Origin: Tubiluchus corallicola
Lineage: Eukaryota; Animalia; Priapulida
Length of the DNA stretch: 64,000 nt
NCBI GenBank assembly: GCA_030141605.1
Contig: JAQGDQ010000392.1
Location: 155,817 to 219,816, forward strand
Direction: 5' to 3'
Part shown: positions 1-8,800 of the stretch, piece by piece
Layout of the letters: each line of letters begins with the position of its first letter
Position numbering within the stretch: position 1 is the first letter of the stretch
Made by a program: the position numbers and the translations under genes
The notes under the pieces: generated by a model
Told to the model about the DNA's origin: nothing
What the model saw: the letters and a program-made list of their open reading frames with translations, nothing else
Database searches by the model: none

Positions 1-251
1 GTACATAAGGAAGTACAAGAACACATTTATAAAAACTGATGATTTTTATGTCCAATCTGTAAAAATGAACAAGACATAGAGTGCATTTGTTTTATGCTAT
101 GTACGTATTTATCTATCTAGAGTCTGCAAATAGCTAGAGGCATAATAATTAAACAACAACAACATCATCATCTATTGGTTACACCTATTATGCTCATGAT
201 AAGTAATGGCTGTTTGTGTTGTTGTGTCTTGTGGTGTAGTTCATAATAAAA

Positions 252-309
252 ACCTGGTGACGAAGATTGGATTCGAATCCACAGGGGCAAAACCCAATGG
301 ATGAGCTAG
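252..309 (-). pseudogene. 5'-truncated tRNA-Ser(GCT)-like retropseudogene ending in CCA
   Basis: Minus strand reads CTAGCTCATCCATTGGGTTTTGCCCCTGTGGATTCGAATCCAATCTTCGTCACCA. This aligns with the anticodon-to-3' half of eukaryotic tRNA-Ser(GCT) (GCTAATCCATTG..variable arm..GGTTCGAATCCCATCCTCGTCG+CCA). It is flanked by the direct repeat CATAATAAAA at 242-251 and 310-319. Confidence 0.75.
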
Positions 310-2099
310 CATAATAAAATCAAAAATAGTTATGAAGCATGAGCTCTAACAGGTGACGTTACAAGTGAACGTAGTAGTGGAATTGAAGGCCGATGAAAGC
401 ATCGTCATCAGATTTTTATTATAATTATCAAAATTAATGGCTCAATTTATGCCCATCAAATTTGTTAAAGCTATGTAAAGAAAATTTCTTTGTGTTGTGC
501 ATGAACACGTGTTACAGTCAGGAGAGGCTCATTACCTTTGCTCAATTACTCCTTATAATATGTGTGAGACTCATTTCAAGTTATTCCCAAGCTTTTTCAA
601 AAAATTAGCTAAACTTAATATAAAGGATTATAGCACGAGTAATAAATTAGTAAACATTTTTGTTTGCTATAAAATAAATGCATAAAAATACAACAATTCT
701 CAGTGTTTGTTGTTTTAAACACAAAACATTGCTGAAGACGAATGCGTCCAGTGCAAATTAGTTAAGTACAAACGTGAATGTCTAAAAATACACAGATACA
801 AGGTACCTCAGAAGTACTACAAAGAATTATAGATACAAGGTACATTACCATTATTAAGAAACTGCCATTTAATGAATTTAATAAGTAAAAACAATCATGA
901 ATACACATGCACTTTTCCTGTAGTGCACCACGTGCAAACACCGCTAAGTTTGGGTGTAAGTCCAAGTACCAGCAATGGAGGAGCAGTTAGAGCCAAAATA
1001 CGGCACATCTGACTGGCCATTGCAAGGCGAACCCCTGCTAGTCCTATGACTGATGTTGTGCGATCTATACATATGTATTAAGCAGCTTTTCAATTGATCG
1101 TGTAATCAGCTGATGTACTTGCAAAATTTGGTCACTTAAAGTGCTTTAGTTTTTCACACTTCAACACGTTCTGTAGTATCTTTTTTCAATACAACACATA
1201 GGGCAAATGTGAATATTTCTGTTATACTGTCATGATTAGGGGTTAAGCGAATACCCTCATGAAAATCTCGTATTTTTTCCGCAAAATATTTCTCGATTAA
1301 GGATTAAAACCTTATTCTGTTACTAATTGCATAATTTCCTTTATTTAGTCTAATGTGCATTTGTGCAACTTGATATCCACATCAGTTCATCTATCTATAC
1401 ATCTGTGACATCAGTGTAAGAAACTGTTGGCAACAACTCCGATTCCTAAAGAAGAAATCAGCACTTTGGCAGCAGACTCTAACCAAATTATTTTTAACTC
1501 TGATTATGCTATTTTTATAATTTTTCTTTTAAAAAGCTGGTGCAGATACCTAATACTTTTAGGTGATTTTTCTTCCTCCATTGCTAAATTATTTAATTTT
1601 TATTTAACTGTGATTTTAGTATCAGTATACCACATCTTAGCATTTGTTTATGAAAATAACTTTGCACACAGCTGGTTTATGTAGTATTTAACGTGTATTG
1701 CTTGGCCGATGTACTTTGTATGTATTTGTGCAAATAAAACTGAATTAAATTGAATGGATATGTATGGCTTTGGGTGGGTAGGGGCGAATAATTTTTCTTT
1801 CAAAAATCTTAGTTTTTCAATGATTTTCTTTTTCGTTCAAATTCTTGGTGTATTTGTTCCTAGGCAAGAGAGCAGTTTTCCCTAAACAAATTGTTCTGAA
1901 CATATACCAAAAAACGTTGATTATTACAATCACTGTTAATAAAAATAACTTTTCGTACAAAGCTTATATGAATTAAGTTTACGTGTACGTATTATTTTAC
2001 GTGTATAGATTATGTCAAGTGTTTTGCCAATGTACAATATTCGTATTTGAGCAAATGAAATCGAATTGAATTGAATAATAAAAGTGCAAGAAGTGCTTT

Positions 2100-2159
2100 T
2101 TGATAAGATGGCGATTTCCATATGTTTGCATGTTAGTCGAATTTGTGTTTGACGTAAGC
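2100..2159 (+). promoter_or_regulatory. candidate non-coding first exon / promoter-proximal region for MOCS2 and/or ESF1
   Basis: YY1-type AAGATGGCG at 2105-2113, donor-like GAC|GTAAGC at 2154, and CpG-richer sequence just downstream. Both downstream coding blocks begin after splice-acceptor-like sites, so an upstream exon is expected. Confidence 0.35.
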
Positions 2160-2475
2160 TTTTTTTTAGTAATATCCACATTACGTGGCTACTTCGTGCA
2201 CACGCGACTGTTCTGTGGTCTGTCGTGTGCCGCGGTGCTGCTTACCAGACGATTCATAGTGGCTATACTAATGTTTCTATCATGCTCCTGAACATAGTAT
2301 ATCCAAATTATAAGGAGCAAACAAAAATGTATCCCGTCATGTTTTTATCGTCTTGCTCTATGGTGCCCTTATTGTTTTGTAATTTTTATTAGTGGCATTG
2401 CTGAATGTGTACCTATGAGCCCTGGGTGAATGATACATGGAACAGGCTTCCAGCTAGAGCAGTTTATGCTAGTTC

Positions 2476-3194
2476 GGCGCTATTACACTTTCGCACCGCC
2501 TAGCTTTTCCTGGCCTATTGGTTGTTTTCACGCCTGCAGGCCAGAAAGCAGACCAACAGGCGTAATATACACCATATTCCCATAATATTATTGCGGCGTA
2601 CGCTTTATAAGTCCAGATTAAAATCATGCATTACTTACCTACAGCCGCCATTAAAAGCTGCACGTGAATAACCGTGTTTACATCACTGCTGCGCAGTCGC
2701 TCTCGCGCATTGACGTGATGGCCCTTAACCTGTATTTTTAGTTTCTTCGCATAATTTATGATTATTAGGGTTGCATCTACGAGAGTTTGTATCGTATCGC
2801 GGGTGGGCCTGGAACGGAACAGTTATTTATCATTAATTTTATTTATTGCTGTAGTATTATTACTATTATATTATAAAAAAAGTAAAGGTTTTTTCTTTAT
2901 TTCGTAAATGCGGTGAAGATGAAAGTGTGTCACGTGCTTTTAAGCTAGGCCCTGATAATGCATAAACTAGTACGAAATTCGTCACGTGACCACACACACA
3001 AACAAGATGGCGATACTGTGTCGAACTGTGAATACAGCGTAATTATTGGTAATTATGCCTAAATAGGATTAAATTACAATTAGATTAGCGGAAACATTCA
3101 CTGATGACGTAAGAATAATAGAATGATGACTTACGAGCCTAAAAACGCGTAATAACCTATAAAAAGCTAGGCGGTGCGAAAGTGTAATAGCGCC
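2476..3194. mobile_element. non-autonomous DNA transposon (MULE/Mutator-like MITE), 719 bp
   Basis: Perfect 33-bp TIRs: GGCGCTATTACACTTTCGCACCGCCTAGCTTTT (2476-2508) and its reverse complement (3162-3194). Perfect 9-bp TSD TGCTAGTTC at 2467-2475 and 3195-3203. No transposase ORF. Confidence 0.92.
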
Positions 3195-4931
3195 TGCTAG
3201 TTCTGTCCGAAACTTTCCGGCAATTGACACTTGATGCCATCAGAGTCATGGAGCCGCCTGTTCATATGGGAAGATTGTAAAAAATTAGTACGTAGGCCGC
3301 AGGATATTTATTCATCTACGTTTAGTTGATTTGGTTTACACAGTGTAATTGCATGCATCCCGTGAAGCCACCTGCAAAAAACAGTGCAATGTGACTAGTA
3401 CGGCCAACCTTCTAGTTAATGGAACTTCTAGCAGTTCTTTAGTGCATTTTTTGGTCCAAATTATTTTCTCTATATTAGAATAAAGCTATGCATATTTGGT
3501 CATTTTAAGTTCATTTCGAAGTGTTTTATTAAAGTAACCATAAATAGTTGATTGTTCATTCACTGAATTTGTTCGTTTGCTCAGGCTAAGTAGTTTGGCG
3601 TTGTATTACTAAGCCTAATGTTGTTGATGTCGAATGTATTGAATTATTAATCTCTTAAGGATAATGAGTATTTTCACGTCAGTGTCAATACATCAATTGT
3701 ATTAGATAAACAAAACATAAGAGTTTATAAATGATCAGGTTTGCAGATATTGTATTTATTGCCCCTTTTTAATTACACCTTTACCTATTTGTCTGTTCCA
3801 TGTATATGCAATTAGAGAAATGTGTGTTTACTTTTTTCTAGAATTTATATTTTCTGTTTTTTAACTATATATTTTATCCCTTCTACTGTGCTTTTGTCAT
3901 GTTTTGTTAATTACTAGCTGAATGATTGCTTGTTTGGTTTAGCATTTATAATGTTTAAATTTGTAGTTTGAATATGTTAAGCAACACAAATTCGCTGCAT
4001 GAAGATACTGTTTATTAGCTTGTTTTGCTTTGTTATGTTTGTACTGTAAATTGGCAACTTAGGTGAATTAAGCTGCTTTATAAATATCACTCGCATTATT
4101 CTGGCATCACAGCATTACGAGGTGATGATGCTGTACTTCGTAAATTTGAATTTTTCTGCCAAGTTTTATTATATGGAACTGTTTCTGTAGAATCCTATAG
4201 TTAATCAAGTACACAAATCAAATTTTGGTCCTAGGTCAATTTTTGGAAGTGAAACATGGTCTATCTTACTGCTTTGCTGTCTTGCCAAATCTTGATGTAA
4301 AATTTCAGTTGTTTGGTCAGCCATGCGGAGTAAATAGACATTTTAGTATTTAGTATAAATAGACATAAATATCATTTATAAGAGCTTACATTAACAACAA
4401 CAAGTAATTTGTGCATAAAAGCTAGCAAATTCTTAACAGTTAAAGCTGTACAGCAAAATTAAAATGCTCAAAGTTTCGAAAACCAAATGAAAACGTAACT
4501 GAAGCTTTTCCTTATGTGCACTGCAGTCTATATGACAGTGTCTTTTTAAATATGTTTGTAATGCGTGAATTTTCCTAAAACTCGTACTTAGTGGTCATGT
4601 TTAAATTGACAAACAGTCAATAGGTGTAAATACTTGTTGTACATTTTTTTGTTTGCATTACTTTTTATCAATTCAGTGCTGTTTCAGTGCATCATCTAGA
4701 CTTTGATTATGTGGCAGAGTAACAGGCATAGTGCGCCTGTTTTTTTATGTTGTGTTACTGTTAGCTGTGAATTTAATGGTGTTTAGTTTAAGTCTTGCAT
4801 TAAAGATGCCTTTAAACTGTCTATTTTATTTTCAAATGCTAGTGCTGTAACACTATTTTCTAAACTAGGCTTAAAATTACTCTTACAGTATTACATTACC
4901 TACCACTTAGCAATATTACTTTAGGTACACC

Positions 4932-4943
4932 ATGAATTACTGA
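4932..4943 (+). promoter_or_regulatory. 3-codon uORF (MNY*) immediately upstream of MOCS2A
   Basis: acaccATG AAT TAC TGA a ATG: A at -3, stop 1 nt before the MOCS2A ATG, and 7 nt after the acceptor-like TTTAG|G at 4924. Confidence 0.55.
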
Positions 4944-4944
4944 A

Positions 4945-5217
4945 ATGGCTGCGGCAAGTGTGGACGTGAAAATCTTATTTTTTGCTAAAAGTCGAGAACT
5001 CGTTGGACTGAAAGAAACTACGACAAGTTTGCCTCAGCAGCTGCAAGTATCTGAATTAATATTTCATCTGCTCAAGAAATTTCCAAGCTTAAAGGTGATA
5101 GAATCAAATATTGTTTTAGCATTGAATCATCAATATGTCGACATGAACAGCAGGGATCTGTTGAATTTTAGTGAAGGTGACGAGCTAGCTATAATACCCC
5201 CACTTAGTGGTGGTTAA
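4945..5217 (+). CDS. MOCS2A: molybdopterin synthase sulfur carrier (small) subunit, MoaD/ThiS ubiquitin-like fold, intronless
   Basis: 90 aa with VKILFFAKSRELVG, LALNHQYV and C-terminal EGDELAIIPPLSGG, including the diglycine that is thiocarboxylated. Confidence 0.96.
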   Translation: MAAASVDVKILFFAKSRELVGLKETTTSLPQQLQVSELIFHLLKKFPSLKVIESNIVLALNHQYVDMNSRDLLNFSEGDELAIIPPLSGG

Positions 5218-5223
5218 ATCAAT

Positions 5224-5652
5224 ATGACTGATCACATATATCTAACATCTAATAAGCTTAGTGTAGATGAAGTTACTCAGATTGTATCATCTCCCGACTG
5301 TGGTGCTATTTCTTTATATGTTGGTACAGTAAAAGACAATTATGATGGAAAGCGTGTTAAACAAGTCGAATATGAAGCTTATACGCCGATGGCAGAAGCT
5401 GAAATACGAAAAATTTGCGGAATCGTTCGCCAGAAGTGGAGGGTGCAAAACATGGCCGTGTTTCATAGGTTGGGAACTGTGTGTGTCATGGACGCCATTG
5501 TAATATTAGCAATTTCTTCAGAACATCGTCACGATGCCATGGAAGCAGTGACTTTTACAATTAATGCTCTGAGATCAGCTGTTCCTATATGGAAGCAGGA
5601 AATTTACGAGGAGGAAGAAGACACCCGTGCAGATTGTCCTACATCTGACTAA
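5224..5652 (+). CDS. MOCS2B: molybdopterin synthase catalytic (large) subunit, MoaE family, intronless
   Basis: 142 aa with MoaE motifs SPDCGAISLYVGT, EYEAYTPMA, HRLG, SSEHR and VPIWKQEIY. Starts after a 6-nt spacer following the MOCS2A stop. Confidence 0.95.
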   Translation: MTDHIYLTSNKLSVDEVTQIVSSPDCGAISLYVGTVKDNYDGKRVKQVEYEAYTPMAEAEIRKICGIVRQKWRVQNMAVFHRLGTVCVMDAIVILAISSEHRHDAMEAVTFTINALRSAVPIWKQEIYEEEEDTRADCPTSD

Positions 5653-5815
5653 TTTGTAAAATTAATGCCTTCTTACCTGCTCTTTTTGTGCAATTGCATG
5701 ACTAAGTCTGACATTGTGAAATTTGAAAGCTTTTGCTTGTGTGTTATTATCTAGGTTCAGAAGTGTGTGTATTTTGATTAGAACTAAACTAAACTAACCA
5801 ATCTAAACTGCCAGA

Positions 5816-8800
5816 ATGGGTGATTTTGGAATGGAAGACGCCCGATTCTCTCACATCGGTAGAGATCCGAGATTCAGGAGAATGCCTAGAAGAGAACGCA
5901 AAGTTAAAATTGATAAGCGATTTGAAGCAATGTTCAAGGTACAAACACAATTTTTTTTATTTATTATTATACATTTGTGTGCATAAATACATAATGGGAA
6001 CAGTTTCAATCGAAACAGTGTAAAAATGTTGACTTAAAATTTATACACAGGGTTTTAATCAATGCTACTGTGCAACTTTATGTGAAAGTCTGATGAAAGT
6101 TTCTCAGTGAGTTGCTAAGAATGCCAGTAAATTGATGGTTAGACTAGTAGGTCTTTATTCAACTGTCTTTGCATCTGCTCTCGCAATACCACAATTTATT
6201 ATTTAGAAACCTCGCAGTTTTCACTGTACTTACATATTTACATCATGTGAATTTCTTTACATTGAAAGCCAAGTCTAAACTTTCTGCTGAGATGATTTAA
6301 ATAAAAACAAAATCATTGTCAATTTTCATTACAGGCACATTTATAGTTAAAAATAACACAGCTTTATTAAAGACTTTTACATCAAAAACTTAAAAGTTAA
6401 AATCATGCCAACCGTTTCGACTAGCTGCTCCTGTCATCATCAATGGTAAATTTACGAACATACAACCAGTTTATATAGGCAGATTATTCACTAATTAAGC
6501 AGTTAATAGAAGCCAAATAGGTAATGAATAAACAGACCAGTAAAGAAATTGATACAGTAAGTTGAACACTAATTATGTATTTACAAAGGCCAAATACGTA
6601 ATGATTAAGCAGACCTGAAGAAAAGGAATTGATACCGTAACAAATAACTAAGTGTTTGAAAGGAATTGAATTGTCTTGTACATTAAAAGAATGCTTATTA
6701 GGGTACAAAGACAAACTTTCATTTTTTTAATTAGTCTTAGTTATTAGTGAGATAGTTGAATAATTCTCAGTTATTAACTACAAAATCATTGTAATGTAGT
6801 TTTTGCAAACTGTCTACTTTATACTAATAATAATAATGTTTACTTTTCAATTGAGCAAAGGTGGTACAGTCACGGACTAATAAATTACGTTCGTGCGGCA
6901 CATAATTTGATTTATTTCTCACTTTATTATTTAGGATAAAAGGTTCAAGATGAAGTATGCAGTAGACAAGCGAGGAAGGCCTCTGCATAATTATTCCACT
7001 AACGAGGATTTGAAACAGTATTACGAGCTGTCCTCATCTGATGATGATGATGACAGTGATGATAATCAGTGCAGTGGGGACGTCAACAGTAATGTTGATG
7101 AAATGCGTAAATCGCAGAACGTGAGAAAACCAAATGTTAGTGAAAATTTATCTAAGATATCAGCAAGAGAATTGGTTCTTCCTGACAAGCAGAACAAGGA
7201 AATAAAAAATCTGCCAGTTGACAAAATACAATCTGGAAAATTCAGTGATGTCATTGATAGTGAAACAGGTATTTTTTATACATCTTAGTACACTGCAAGC
7301 CGTAATCAAGCATTCAAAGGTGGAGCCTACTCAAACAGATGTTTGTGGCAGAATTGGAGCCTAGTTCGTTACGAAAGCTAGGCCATTGGACCGACAGAGT
7401 GCAAGTAAAATGCAGAGTAGGGGTGAGCAATCTGTATCGAAGAGTGAATTTGAATCAAATTAACTTTGTGGCTTTGGAGTACAAATTAAACCGAATTTCA
7501 GCATTTTCGAATCCAAATTGAATTCAAATTCAGCGTTGAAGGTTTTCGAATAAATTTCTGAATCATTAATAAAAAGCAGTCTTGCAGAGATCATGCATAT
7601 TACTTGATTTTGTTCTGCAGTTAAAACACTAATAATTTGTTTACAAATTATGTGCAGAAATCACAACTAAATTGTGTGCATTATATTTCAAATTTTTTAA
7701 TGATAAAGAATAAAAGTAGTTGAAGCGCTGAATTGTTTGAATGTGTAATTTTATATTCGAATCGAATTCCAATTAAAAAACTGGTTCGAATCGAATTCAA
7801 ATGTTTGATGCTCACCCCTAGTGCAGAGAGAACTTATTAATAGCTAATAGGTTGGTGATTTGTTTTCATTCTGACAGTTATAAAACTTAATAAAATATGT
7901 AATAGTTTATGCTCACGATGAGTCCACAAGCTCTGAGTGAGTATTTAGTAAATATTACTAATAAGTAACAAAGATGCACCTATTCAATAAATAACTGAAT
8001 AGAGACTTTAAAGGAATGAACAAGTCACTCAGCATGTTGGGTTTACTTTACTGTTATCACTTAAACTCAGAAGAATATAAATGTAACAAAAGAAATTTGC
8101 AAAAACTTTCTATAAAGCATAAATCTAAAATATACTACCTCTGAATAGAAATTTTCAGGCGTGGTGGTTGCCACCATTTGTTTGAAAATTATGACGCAGC
8201 TGGGGGATTTCTTAATTTTTAGTAAGTGCATTGTGGCTTTCCGTCACCGCACACTGTTCAAACTAATTCAGATTTCTGCAGCTTACCTAATATTCATGCA
8301 AAAAGGTTAGAAAATCAGCTATCTAATTTTTTGTAAAACTTATACTTTTAGTAAAGATTGACAGTGCGCTACTTTTCTTCAGGACGAATGACGTCATTGA
8401 AAGAAAAATGGGTATTGAAAATGCGAGTGTGCAAGCATGAAGTGGTTGTGACTTTAATTTGATTTTGCTAGTTATGTGAGGCACTTATTGCAGTTTTCTT
8501 ACCAAATTCTTTTAATAAGCGTAACTTTCCAGAAGGCTGGGCCTTTCTTTTAAACAAAGAGTCTACCAATGAATGCTTACCGGGACAGGGTAGACTAAAC
8601 TGCATAGAGTTTAATTGTTATACCTTTTTGTTAGCGTTTGCAGAAGTTTGACCTTAATCAGTTGCAATTAGACTGTTGCTAAGTATACTGCAAAATGTGA
8701 AAAGAAAAACCCCGTTAACGTTTGTTGAAGGCTACCCCTTTTGAAGTCTTGTAGAATGAAATGTTGAAGTTCTTTTAGTAATACTTGAGTGCCGTAGTAA

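Noticed and set aside
1016-1042. Helitron-like 3' end (small hairpin plus CTAG|T)
   Set aside because: The hairpin is weak and no 5' TC terminus or second copy could be identified.
3102-3140. CTGATGA followed by a CGTAAG/CTTACG stem, hammerhead-like
   Set aside because: The required GAAA after helix II is missing (GAGC instead), and no helices I or III are evident.
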